Source: Amoebidium appalachense
Taxonomy: Eukaryota; Protista; Ichthyosporea
Length of the DNA: 64,000 bases
Reading direction: 5' to 3'
NCBI GenBank assembly: GCA_963693365.1
Contig: CAVNZM010000021.1
Location: 40,867-104,866, forward strand
Position 1 is the first letter of the stretch, and the number at the start of each line of letters is the position of its first letter. The notes beneath the pieces were generated by a model. The model did not search any database, was not told the origin of the DNA, and saw nothing but the letters and a program-made list of their open reading frames with translations. The translations under genes were made by a program, and so were the position numbers. Positions 9,906-19,684 of this stretch are shown here, piece after piece.

Positions 9906-12287
9906 TCACAAGATGGAATTCGTCCATGACCCATCGCTCACAAGCAGCACGGCGCCATTGTCCCTGCGCACCACAGCAATCAGCACTCCCGCGGTTTTTG
10001 CTGTTGTGCCGTTATTGGCCACGAAACTAACGACGTTTCCAAAGGGCTGTAGGGTAGCATTGATCTTGGGGTAGGAGGTGGTCGTCCAGCCACCGACTAC
10101 CACTCCGAGCACAATGCCGTTCACACTCACTTCCATCGTCTTGTCGCACAGCGCATGAATCACAACATCAAGGGGGGAGCTCCCGTTGTCGTAGGTTTTG
10201 TAGCCGTACGTCCAGCTGGGGATACAACCCAGATGCGCGTTAGGCACGGACCAGATCCACTTTGCGACAGTGGTCACAAACCCCGATGCTGAGCCCCAGG
10301 GCGGCATGGGGTACGTGCCAAGTTCAACAGCCCATGTCCGAATGGAATTGCCGTTCCATTCGCACAGGACTCCTTGGTTCCGGTAGGCCTCTGGAACATC
10401 AGGCTCCATGATATATGTTTGCTGCGTACTGTAAGTCCAGGCGGAAATACCGGGTGGATTTGTCCAGGCCTGCAACGGCCACGCTGCCACCGCCTTGCGC
10501 ATATAGCAGTAGCCATAGACACCGCCTACATTGACGACGGACGCAAAGCCAAATTGCCGACACCCCGAGGTGGCCTCTGCACGTGCCATGCATTGCTGCG
10601 GGCTTGCGTGTCCGAAATTGCTGGCATCTGTCCAGTCGTTGAATGTGTTGCTGGCGCTGTGGTCGGCCAGCTGGTCAAACACGTACCAGCGCGAGCGTGC
10701 ATACGGCATGTAGACGTACCACCCCGACCAGTTGTTCCAGCGCCATGGCACACACGAGTTGACAAGTGTGGTAGACACGTAGCTCGAGGTGTTTGTCGCT
10801 GCACCCGGCATGGTCTTGGCCAAAAGATCCGCCCTCACCACCACAGATTCTGCCGACCGCACCCCATTGGGGACCATGACATCGTTTGTGTTGATGTCAC
10901 CAGACACACAGTTAAGATTGGGCGCACTGCTGGTGGTTTCGTAGCAAACCTTTGTATAACCGTTTGTGTCTGCGTACGCGACTATTGCCGCCCAATGGTT
11001 TGTTCCAGCTGGGTTGGATACCGAGGCACCCGCCGAAAACGTTCTCCTTGCCAGCTGTACCCAGGGGGCTCGGGTGGTCTGCGGCACAATGCACACGTAG
11101 TCCCAACTCCCGCAGTCAAGCATGCGTGTCCACCTGTCCTGCGACGACTGCACCTCGGCAAACGTTCTGGGGTCGTACCGTCCGAACGCGTTGTGGTACT
11201 CGCAGTAGATCAGGTACAGCGGCGTGCGGCTCCCTGACATGCTTGCACACGTCACGGCCACGGCCCCGGCAGCCACACTTCCGATCTGCGGCCGCCGGCA
11301 CGCCACGAAGCCCGGCTTTGGGACCAGGTAGAAGAATACGGACGCCGTTATCTGATGGGACTCGCCTTCGGGTTTAACTACGGACTTGGACATGTCTAAG
11401 GTTCCGACCCCGTAGACAGCCACCGGCTCGGTGTTGTTCTTGCTCACTATCTTGCATGGTATCAGCCCATGCTCCTTAGTCACACAGAAGCCCCCCCAAA
11501 CCGGTCCATACGCGTCGCACTGGAACATCACGGCATTGCGCGGTGGCACCGCCCGGCGCACCAGCGTGTAGGTCCCAAACTCCACCTCGTTGCACGCCAG
11601 CCGCCGCACGTCCCGCCCGATGGCTTCGGGATCCATGCAGTGCAGCGCCACGTTGCGCACGCCCACCTCGCTGTAGCTGCTGCCCGTCTGTGCGCCGATG
11701 CACACGTAGCTGCTGCTGGGCGACACGGACGTGGTCACAGCCGTGCTTGTGACGGTCTTTGTGGCTGCCCCGTGCACGTACGTCACCCGCTGGTCCCGGA
11801 CCACGTCGATCACAACTGGCGTCCAGGCCCCCGTCGACGTGTACGTGGAGTCGAGATCCACGGACTGCGTGAGCGTCTCGGTGCTCAGCGTACCGGCCTG
11901 GCCGTCCATAGTCAGCCGAAGGTCCACGTTGGTGCTTCCACTGCTCGATGCGTGCCCCAGAACGGGACTCCACACGGCCGCCCATATCTTGGTTCCCGGC
12001 AGCGCCGTGACGCGCTTGACCCGCACCTCGAAGCTGAGCGTAAACCGGCGGCCCGCATGCAGGGGCCAGAACACGTAGCCCAGCTGGCTGGCCGTGCCCG
12101 GGGTCAGCCGGATCTCCCCCCCTGTCTTGTCCAAGTACGCACATCCTCCCAGGTGGCCTGTGGCCGGGGCCTGCCAGCCCGTGGCGGCCCACACGTCCGG
12201 GGTCTCCCAGACGAGGCACCGCGAGCCCTGCTGGCTGGTGGGCAGCCACGCAATGCGAGCTGTCAGGGCACTCACACGGTCGCCCAT
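9906..12287 (-). CDS. Lectin-like paralog 1: L-type (ConA-like) lectin + DM9-like repeats + PAN/apple-like + C-terminal galactose-binding-like jelly roll
   Basis: Start MGDRVSALTARI inferred from paralogs. GG.AY....EIRLT...QLGYVFW and IGAQTG (lectin); PPRNAV..GLIPCKI (DM9-like); QQCMAR..GCRQF..CYMR (PAN-like); AKWIW..CD....VNG...N.V...AGV....LVSDGSW (jelly roll). Confidence 0.7.
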   Translation of the reverse strand: MGDRVSALTARIAWLPTSQQGSRCLVWETPDVWAATGWQAPATGHLGGCAYLDKTGGEIRLTPGTASQLGYVFWPLHAGRRFTLSFEVRVKRVTALPGTKIWAAVWSPVLGHASSSGSTNVDLRLTMDGQAGTLSTETLTQSVDLDSTYTSTGAWTPVVIDVVRDQRVTYVHGAATKTVTSTAVTTSVSPSSSYVCIGAQTGSSYSEVGVRNVALHCMDPEAIGRDVRRLACNEVEFGTYTLVRRAVPPRNAVMFQCDAYGPVWGGFCVTKEHGLIPCKIVSKNNTEPVAVYGVGTLDMSKSVVKPEGESHQITASVFFYLVPKPGFVACRRPQIGSVAAGAVAVTCASMSGSRTPLYLIYCEYHNAFGRYDPRTFAEVQSSQDRWTRMLDCGSWDYVCIVPQTTRAPWVQLARRTFSAGASVSNPAGTNHWAAIVAYADTNGYTKVCYETTSSAPNLNCVSGDINTNDVMVPNGVRSAESVVVRADLLAKTMPGAATNTSSYVSTTLVNSCVPWRWNNWSGWYVYMPYARSRWYVFDQLADHSASNTFNDWTDASNFGHASPQQCMARAEATSGCRQFGFASVVNVGGVYGYCYMRKAVAAWPLQAWTNPPGISAWTYSTQQTYIMEPDVPEAYRNQGVLCEWNGNSIRTWAVELGTYPMPPWGSASGFVTTVAKWIWSVPNAHLGCIPSWTYGYKTYDNGSSPLDVVIHALCDKTMEVSVNGIVLGVVVGGWTTTSYPKINATLQPFGNVVSFVANNGTTAKTAGVLIAVVRRDNGAVLLVSDGSWTNSIL

Positions 12288-12310
12288 AATGCAGTCCCCC
12301 ACAAAATGTG

Positions 12311-13912
12311 CTAGGCGAGCATGGCCATGTTCAGGTACCAGCCACAGGCAGCGTGCCAGCGCCACACCAGCTGGTTGGTGTCCGTGTAGTCGGCGTTGGT
12401 GTACGCCGTTGGCGATACACGCGGCTTGGCGTTCTCGAACACGTCGGTGCGGATGATGGACGCCCCGTCCCGCCACGTGGTCTTGGCCGGCCACGACAGG
12501 GCCGGCTTGAAGATGTACCCCCGCCCCAGTGCCGGCTTGTACGAGTAATCCACGGCCATCAGCGTGACCCCTTTTGCGGCCGCCATGCGCTCGCCCTCCG
12601 CCACGATCTCGTCCACGTCCAGGCCCGTGAAGGTTGTCGCCGGCGACCACTCACCACTTACCCAACTTGTGCAGACGCCTCGTGGGAGCGTCACGTACCG
12701 CCCCTTGGTGGTCTGCGGGACGACGCACACGTACTCCCACGACCCGTCGTCTGTAAGCGTGATAGGGCCCATGTATTCACACAGGATCGAACCCCCGGGC
12801 TCGTACAAGCCGTACGTGAATGTGTCCGTGCGTTCCAGAGAGATGAGGTACAGGGTGCCACGCTCTTGCGCTGCCCGTGGTTTGCCGATGTACAGCGCGT
12901 TATTGGGCGGTCCCCCGATCTGCCGCCTGCGCGTTGCAACAAACCCGGCCCTGGGCACCACATAGAAGAACGTTGTGCTTGAGTAGGACGCCCCACCCAG
13001 GGCGTAGTACGCCGTCATCGGGCTTCCGGTCGCCGAAATCTTGCACGGCACCATGCCGTGTGCGGATGCGCAGAACCCCGCATAGATCGGCCCCAGATTA
13101 ACATGTGCCCCAAACGTCACGGCCCCCGGCGGCGGCCGGGTCGCACGCACGAGCGTGTGCGTGGGAAACTCGAGCTCGTTGATGGCCGTCAGCGCGGCGT
13201 CGCACCCCGGCGGCGGGGCGTTTGTTGTCAGCGTGATGTTACGCACGGCGTGCTCGCACGAGTAGCCGCCCGTGCGTGCGCACAGGGAGAGGATGGTGGG
13301 GCGCGTGGGGGCCGGCTGTGCGGGCGTCTGGGTGTGCAGCTGCGTCCACCCGGCCCCCTTGTCCAGCAGCACCTGCAGCCCGTTGGTCTTGGTGGCAAAC
13401 CGCACCATGCATGTCCACCACGCCCCCCCGGTGCCAGCTCGGGGGTACGTCACTGTGCCCAGCACCGTGGCGCCAAGGTACAGCCGCGACTTGGACTCGT
13501 ACTCGTCAAATGTCAGCCGGTACGCCTCGGGCTGCAGCAGCTCGTCCTCCCCCTGGTATCGCGCGCCGGAGTACCGCTGCCCCAAACAAAACCAGTTGGC
13601 CCACAAGGCATCGGCAACGCTGTTCGTGCCGTCGCCGGCCCTGAACTGGAAAATCAGCTGCAAGTTGTCGACGGGTGGCATAACCCACACCACATAGCCA
13701 TGCTGGCTGCTCTGTTTGTCCGTCAGCCGGATCTCCCCGCCCGCCCTGTTCATGTACGCAGTCCCCCCCAGTACGCCCGCAGCCGGCGCTACCCACGCCG
13801 TGCCCTGCTGCGAGGCGCTCCACGTTTCGGCGTTCTCGAGAACCAGCGTCGTCGTGTGCCGTGCCGCAATGCTGTTGATCCGCGCGTCCAGCGTCGCCAG
13901 CCGTTCCGCCAT
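12311..13912 (-). CDS. Lectin-like paralog 2: L-type lectin + DM9-like repeats + unique C-terminus
   Basis: EIRLTDKQSSQHGYV, ADAL, FDEY, CARTGG..EHAVRN (legume-lectin-like); PPGAVTFG..HGMVPCKI and PPNNALYIG repeats. Confidence 0.75.
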   Translation of the reverse strand: MAERLATLDARINSIAARHTTTLVLENAETWSASQQGTAWVAPAAGVLGGTAYMNRAGGEIRLTDKQSSQHGYVVWVMPPVDNLQLIFQFRAGDGTNSVADALWANWFCLGQRYSGARYQGEDELLQPEAYRLTFDEYESKSRLYLGATVLGTVTYPRAGTGGAWWTCMVRFATKTNGLQVLLDKGAGWTQLHTQTPAQPAPTRPTILSLCARTGGYSCEHAVRNITLTTNAPPPGCDAALTAINELEFPTHTLVRATRPPPGAVTFGAHVNLGPIYAGFCASAHGMVPCKISATGSPMTAYYALGGASYSSTTFFYVVPRAGFVATRRRQIGGPPNNALYIGKPRAAQERGTLYLISLERTDTFTYGLYEPGGSILCEYMGPITLTDDGSWEYVCVVPQTTKGRYVTLPRGVCTSWVSGEWSPATTFTGLDVDEIVAEGERMAAAKGVTLMAVDYSYKPALGRGYIFKPALSWPAKTTWRDGASIIRTDVFENAKPRVSPTAYTNADYTDTNQLVWRWHAACGWYLNMAMLA

Positions 13913-13945
13913 TGCCCACTGCGCACATTTGTTTTGCCCTACTCA

Positions 13946-15211
13946 ATGGCGGACCGCCTCGCCCGCCTCACACAGCGCATCCTCAACCTCGAGGGCTCGC
14001 CCCCCCGATGTGTGCTCCAGGAGACCCCCGAGACCTGGGCCCGCAACAACTGGGCGTGCCCGGCCACCGGCACGCTCGGCGGCAGCGCCTACATGGACAA
14101 GGCCAATGCCGAGATCCGGCTCACCGCCCGCGCCGCCAACCAGACCGGCTACGTGTACTGGCCCGTGTGCCCCGGGCAGCGCTTCGTGCTGTCCTTCAAG
14201 TTCAGGACCGGCGCAGGGTCCACCCCGCAGAAGGAGGGCCTGTACGTGTCGTGGAACCAGGCCAACTCGTTCCCAAACGGAGCCGTCGCCGGCAAGGAGT
14301 TCCGCCTGCAGTTCAATCCGGGGTCCGGCAAGGTCGTGTCCTACCAGCCCAACGGCTCGTTCAACTTCCCCGGATGGCCGGCCAACGGCACCAACGGCGC
14401 CTGGCAGACGTGCGTCGTCAGCGTCGCCCCGGACGCCGGCTACGTGTTCTGTTCGCTCGGCCGGCTGCGCCTGACATACACACTGGCCGACCTGACCCCC
14501 TCATCCACCGCAAGTACCTTTCTCTCGCTGTGCGCCTACACATCCACGGCCGACTACACCGAGCACGCCGTCAAGGACATCGAGCTGTGGACGTACGACC
14601 TGGGCGTGCCCGGCCGCGACGCCCGCTCGCTCGTGCTCAACGAGATCGACGGGCCCGGCTACCGCTGGGTCCGCAGCCCGCGCGTGCCGCCCGGGGCCGT
14701 GACGTTTGGGATAATCTAGAAGGAGGGTCCTACCTTCGCAGCTTTGTGCTTCACGTGGGCGCACGGCTCGGTATTTGGAACGGTCACGATGTGTGGACAC
14801 TGTTACAACCGGGTCCCTTGCAGGCACGTATGCAGCTCGTCGATCGTCGTACAGGGATGCCCATCTCCGGCTCCCCCGACATGTTCCAAACGGACAACTT
14901 CTTCTACCTTGTCCCCAAGCCGGGCTTTGTCGCCGTTGCGAAGAAGGTACACCAGTTTCGGATCGGATAGCTGGACCGCCCCACCAGGCGCCCTCTGCAT
15001 AGAGTCCCTCAGTGGCATCTCCGGTACTGGAGACCCGTTCCCGCCTATCTTGTCAGCGACGGAAGAAGCTACTTTACGGACTACTATTTTCGGAGGGGCC
15101 ATCAACAACGAAAACATACTATTGGCCCTCGGCATGGATGAGTTAAGCGTATCGTACGGCCACAAATGGAGTTGGCTTTGTCTGTGTTGTCCCTCAGACC
15201 ACAAAGCGTAG
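13946..15211 (+). pseudogene. Lectin-like paralog 3, disrupted
   Basis: MADRLARLTQRI..EIRLT..GYVYW is intact to the TAG at 14717. Homology resumes in other frames (GPTFAALC, FFYLVPKPGFVA, WSWLCL). Confidence 0.7.
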
Positions 15212-15648
15212 ATACGTGGGTCTTCCTTTTAATGTGAGCAATCAATGTCCAGCAGGCCTACTCTGAGATCTTGCAGGGATGTACGGAGCCGTTCTGGGAC
15301 ACAAACGACAAGGGGCACACTGATGGAACAACAGGACGACAACCGAGCCTGGCTTTTCGTGTGCGAAATTGATTCTACCATCGACAAGTTCCTCTGGTCC
15401 CCTCGCGCATGAGGCTATTCAAGGGCTCCCCGTGGCCCGCATAATCACTGACTGTCAACTATTATGACGGACACGTTCGTGCGCCTGGACGACTTCGAGG
15501 GTGCAAAACCAGATGGCACGGTTGACGCGCAGCAGTACAAGGACGTGGAGTACTTTGAGGCCACACGGCGCGAACCTGACGTGGCGCTGGTGCGACTGGG
15601 CCGGCTGGTATCTCAACATAAATGCGTGAACTTGGTGCAGATTCAACT

Positions 15649-16762
15649 TTACTCAAGCCGGGCGACCAGCGCCTCGAGCGCCGACGTCAGCCGGTCCACA
15701 TGGTCGTTGATGGCCAGCACGGCCTCGGCGATCGTCGCCTTGCCCGCGGCGGGCCCCACGGTCGGCGCGGCCCACGTGCCCACGTTGGCCGGCGGGGCGC
15801 TCGCGTTCAGCGCGAGCACGGCGGCTGCGATGGTGGTCTTGGTGGCGGCGGGGCCCGTGGTGGGGGTGGTGTAGGTGCCCACCACACTGGTGTTTGCTTT
15901 GGTGTTCAACTGCGTATCGCAGTAACTTTTGTCGGCCTTCGCAGCCAACGTGTTCCCGCGTGGTCACGGTGGTCTGGAGTGCCTGAACTGTGGACGAGTC
16001 TGCTTTTCCGGCCAGCGTAGTGCCTTGAGTCTGGACGGTTGTTTGGAGTGCCTGCACAGTGCTTGAGTCTGCTTTCGCCGCTAGGGTTGTGCCCTGTGTC
16101 TGCACGGTGCTCTGCAAAGCATCCACAATGGTAGCTTCCGCTTTTTTGGCTAGAAGGCCGTCTACGTAGATGGTTCTGTTAGTGAAATCGGTTCTTAATG
16201 TTGCAACCACGGCCTTGGTCTCCCTGTTCGACAATTCGCTGTCTACATAGACAGTCCGTTCGGTGACGTCACTGCGGAGCTGTGCCACCACACTCTTCTC
16301 TTCTTTTAGGAGGACTTGCTGTTCGATGTTTGTGCACCGGTCACCAAACTCCTGCGTGATGCCATCGAGAGTTGTGTCGATCGTGATCTTATCTGCTTTC
16401 TGGTCTAGGCGCTCCGCCACACTAACTTCATCTGCTTTTGTATTAACCACCTCGGCAAGCGCTGCCAGTGCAGTCTTCTCAGCCTTGAGAGCCAGACTAG
16501 CTTGATGGCTTCTCAATGTTGCGTTGATTTCCTCCACCGTGGACAACACGTTATCGTCCTTGACCGTGAGCGCGCTGTTCAGGATGCCCACCGCCGCGCC
16601 CAGTGTCAGCCCCGCGCATGGCCCCTCGGCCGGGACTGAGTAGGGGAGGACCTGGGCCACGCAGGCGGCGGCGTCATCGAGGTTTAGGCTGCCACTGTCG
16701 AACGTGATGGAGTCGGGCAGGAGTGCCTGCTCGTTGCACACAAGTTCTTTGCAACGCAACAT
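15649..16762 (-). CDS. Fibre-like coiled-coil protein (frameshift near 15955)
   Basis: 22-aa KADSSTVQALQTTVQTQGTTLA repeats run across the frameshift into AAKADKSYCDTQLNTKA. Three P..GP.A...T...AV..[LI]N motifs; ends LEALVARLE. Confidence 0.7.
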
Positions 16763-16828
16763 TTGCTTACGAGCGCCGATGATAATCATGCAAGCCACTG
16801 ATCGAATATTTTGCTTGCCTATATTGAT

Positions 16829-17098
16829 ATGTCACCTGTTGGATCTACCATCACAACAGTTGCGGAAGAGAGGCCCGTCAATGGCCGCCGTAAATGTGAG
16901 CATGGTAAGCAAAGAACGCGCTGCAAAGCCTGTGGTGGGGCGATTTGCCTGCATGGCAGAAACAAACGGCACTGTAGGCACAGGAAACAGCAGATCTGGG
17001 CGTGCAGTATAGCAGGCTGGTGTCAATCGAAGACACGGACAAGCTACTGGCCCCGTTTCAAGTCAAGACGAGTCCGGTGGAGGAGGCTTAAGCTGTAG
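16829..17098 (+). CDS. Small Cys/His zinc-ribbon repeat protein (possibly degenerate)
   Basis: KCEHGKQRTRCKACGGAICLHGRNKRHC, a repeat type common in algal and giant viruses. Confidence 0.6.
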   Translation: MSPVGSTITTVAEERPVNGRRKCEHGKQRTRCKACGGAICLHGRNKRHCRHRKQQIWACSIAGWCQSKTRTSYWPRFKSRRVRWRRLKL

Positions 17099-17146
17099 GC
17101 CGACCGGGAGGGGCTCCTTTTATTCAATAAAAGCGGTCCTGCACAG

Positions 17147-17369
17147 GGCGAAAAGGGTCAACCCCACGACCCTGTTCTCTAGAAATTTCGGAGACATTGT
17201 AACCGTGTGCCACGGTGTTCTCTTGGCTTTCGGGAGACATGGTGGGTACCGGCGAGGCTATTCTCTATGAAATGACGGGCCAGTCGTTCACAGAAGCCGC
17301 CGCGTTCTCTCTGGTTTGTGAAGAAATCGTTGGACTGAGTAGCGTGGTGGTGGGGGGGAGAACAGGGTG
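17147..17369 (+). repeat. Copy A of a ~220-bp direct repeat made of four ~43-bp TGTTCTC-headed subunits
   Basis: Aligns with 19422-19642, e.g. gtgttctcttgg..cgggagacatgg and gttctctctggtttgtg. Confidence 0.75.
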
Positions 17370-17428
17370 CACGCCCCCCCCCCCCCCCTCCTCCCGTAAC
17401 ACGAGCGCACATTTTTAAGGCTTCACGC

Positions 17429-19162
17429 ATGAACATACAGGGTGACAACCCCAACGCAGGCTCACAGGGGTTCAAGCGCCCCCGAGAGCCCGAGCGCGAC
17501 CTACCCTCGCATGCGGATATTGCCGTCAGGAACGTGCATCTGATCTCCGACATGGGTGCCGTTGAAGGTGAAGAGGCCGCCGAGGGCGACAATGCCAACA
17601 ACCCCTTCGACCTGGTCGCCAACTACGGCGTGACGCTTCTTAGACCTCACACGCTGCTTGCCAGCCCTTATGCCACACGGTACCTGTCCGAAATCCTGGC
17701 CTATTCCCTGGTTCTTGTTCCGGGCGAGCTGGGGCGGCGCGAGTTCGACTGCGGCGACAAGGAGGCGTCCTTGACCGGGCCCATGTACAAGAACAATCCC
17801 TTCTGGCGATCCCATGGCACCACCGTCCCCCTCGACCCGCCGGGCGGCCAGCTGTATGACCAGATCGCCCGTATGGTCTCCAACAGCTCGCGCAACCCGT
17901 CCCTTCGGCCTCCGGTTACACGCCCGGGGGAGCCCGCCTACACCGGCATCACCCTTGCCATCGCGGCGACCGGGTCCGACGCAAACACCCTCTGCGAAAC
18001 GGTGGCCATCCAGGCCGCGCGGGTGCGCAACTCCCACTGGGACTGGATGGCGTGCCCGTGTGACGCATCCGCATGCAACTGCAACGACGCCGCCGTCCTT
18101 CTGTACGACACCTACGGCGCCGGCCGGGGCACCTTTGCCGGTGCGTCGCGGTACGGGTTTTCGCAGAACTGCAACTGGAGGAGGGCCCACGTCGTGCATC
18201 GCAAGGCGAACGAGTCGGCCGTGGACGCGCTCGCACGTGCCCAGGATGAGCTGGCGGAGCAGGGTATCCCTGTCGGGGCCGTGTTCGTCGAGTTCCTGAA
18301 CGGCCACCACGTGGTCATGATGTCCAAGGACGACGCCTGCGCCATCCGGCAGTGGTGCAGCGACCAGAGGGTGTATCTCATCGCAGACGAGATTCTGAGC
18401 GCGTTTCGCTGCGGCGCGCTCTTCTCGTTCCAGTTGTACGACGGCGCCGTAGTGCCGGACCTGGTCACGCTGGGCAAGGGTTTGCAGTTGGGCCTCGTCG
18501 TCAAGATCGTCGACCCCGACACCCGACTGAGCGAGGTGGAGACACTGTTGCGAAACACAAGCCCAGGGTACAACCTGCACATCCCGCAGGTTCCTAGCAT
18601 GGAGCTCTGCAACACCGGGATATTGACCGCGCTCCATGTCCTGCGCGTCATCGAGGTAGGCGACCTCATCCACGGAGCCGCGGAAAGGTGTCGTGAGCTC
18701 TGCTACGGCCTCAACCGATACCACAGCGTCGTCACCATACGCGTGGGTGCCATGGCATGCCTCTACACCCCCGACTTTCTTCCAGACGACTTCCCCCCAA
18801 CGACCCCGGGCTCCACGGACCCGTTCTCGCGCCTGCTCGATTTCCTGCTGGGACCCGACGACCACGTCGGGAAACACAGGGGCTATGCGCGCCAGCAGTA
18901 CCGCGCCGACGACCACTCCCAAGTCCCTCCCGGCATGGCAGGGTTTCACTTCACCTGCACCGACTGGGAGCGCGACAACCGCGTGCTCTACAGCAGCACC
19001 CAGTCCAACAGGATCTGCCCGCCCCTCGACCTCACCACCGCCGAGGTGCATGCGATCGTGAACTGTGGCCGACTGCGCCTGTTCCCCCACAATCCGACCA
19101 CATACGGGCCCATCGAGTCGGTGAACGCGCAGGTGGACATGGGCCTGGTTGTCCCGGTCTGA
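17429..19162 (+). CDS. Class III PLP-dependent aminotransferase-like protein
   Basis: TGSDAN, AVFVE, LIADEILSAFRCG and PDLVTLGKGL (PLP lysine). Confidence 0.85.
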   Translation: MNIQGDNPNAGSQGFKRPREPERDLPSHADIAVRNVHLISDMGAVEGEEAAEGDNANNPFDLVANYGVTLLRPHTLLASPYATRYLSEILAYSLVLVPGELGRREFDCGDKEASLTGPMYKNNPFWRSHGTTVPLDPPGGQLYDQIARMVSNSSRNPSLRPPVTRPGEPAYTGITLAIAATGSDANTLCETVAIQAARVRNSHWDWMACPCDASACNCNDAAVLLYDTYGAGRGTFAGASRYGFSQNCNWRRAHVVHRKANESAVDALARAQDELAEQGIPVGAVFVEFLNGHHVVMMSKDDACAIRQWCSDQRVYLIADEILSAFRCGALFSFQLYDGAVVPDLVTLGKGLQLGLVVKIVDPDTRLSEVETLLRNTSPGYNLHIPQVPSMELCNTGILTALHVLRVIEVGDLIHGAAERCRELCYGLNRYHSVVTIRVGAMACLYTPDFLPDDFPPTTPGSTDPFSRLLDFLLGPDDHVGKHRGYARQQYRADDHSQVPPGMAGFHFTCTDWERDNRVLYSSTQSNRICPPLDLTTAEVHAIVNCGRLRLFPHNPTTYGPIESVNAQVDMGLVVPV

Positions 19163-19209
19163 AACAGATGCGCAGTCAGCCAGTCAGCCCAAGCACTCCC
19201 GATTCTGCG

Positions 19210-19401
19210 GTGGGGCCTGGGGGGCTGGGGGGGCTGGGAGGGCCCCCTGTGGACACAGACCCGTGAGCCCGCTGTGTCTCCCGCCCTTGCATGCCTCACA
19301 TGCCCCTCCCGAGCCCCCCACGCCCGCGCCAGTTGGGTCGGGCTTTCGGGCTCCGTGGTCCTGGAGCCCGGCCTCGCGCCCCTCCCAGCCCCCCAGGCCC
19401 C
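19210..19401. repeat. GC-rich palindromic element (divergent copy 1 of 4)
   Basis: ggggcctggggggctggg ... cccagccccccaggcccc inverted ends; internal gcatgcctcacatgcccctccc similar to the other copies. Confidence 0.6.
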
Positions 19402-19421
19402 GCTCCTAGGAAAAAGCAATC

Positions 19422-19684
19422 GGCGAACAGGGTCCACCCCCGGCACCTGTTCTCCAAGGATCCGGGAGACATGGTTGGGGATGCCATGGTGTTCTCTTGG
19501 GTTCCGGGAGACATGGGGGGGACCGGCGATGCTGTTCTCCAGAAAATTGCGGGCCAAACGTTCATGGGCACTGCCGTGTTCTCTCTGGTTTGTGGAGAAA
19601 ACGTTGGACTGGGCAGGGGCCGGTGGGCAGGAGAACAGGGTGGTGAACGCGCAGGTGGATATGGGCCGGGTTGTTGCCGTGTGA
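19422..19684 (+). repeat. Copy B of the direct repeat fused to a duplicate of the aminotransferase 3' end
   Basis: The repeat is followed by gtgaacgcgcaggtggatatgggccgggttgttgccgtgtga, which matches 19121-19162. Confidence 0.75.

Noticed and set aside
13913-15650. Invertible cassette switching lectin paralog 3 behind the fibre gene
   Set aside because: The geometry is suggestive, but I found no convincing inverted recombination sites at the two ends and no invertase.
15245-15650. Coding-like fragment MTDTFVRLDDFEGAKPDG...
   Set aside because: It is interrupted by stops upstream, runs into the fibre gene and matches no family I recognise.
17501-19090. Long antisense ORFs (also 7298-8206, 5821-6951 and 13058-13945)
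   Set aside because: These are shadows of GC3-rich genes on the opposite strand and have no motifs of their own.
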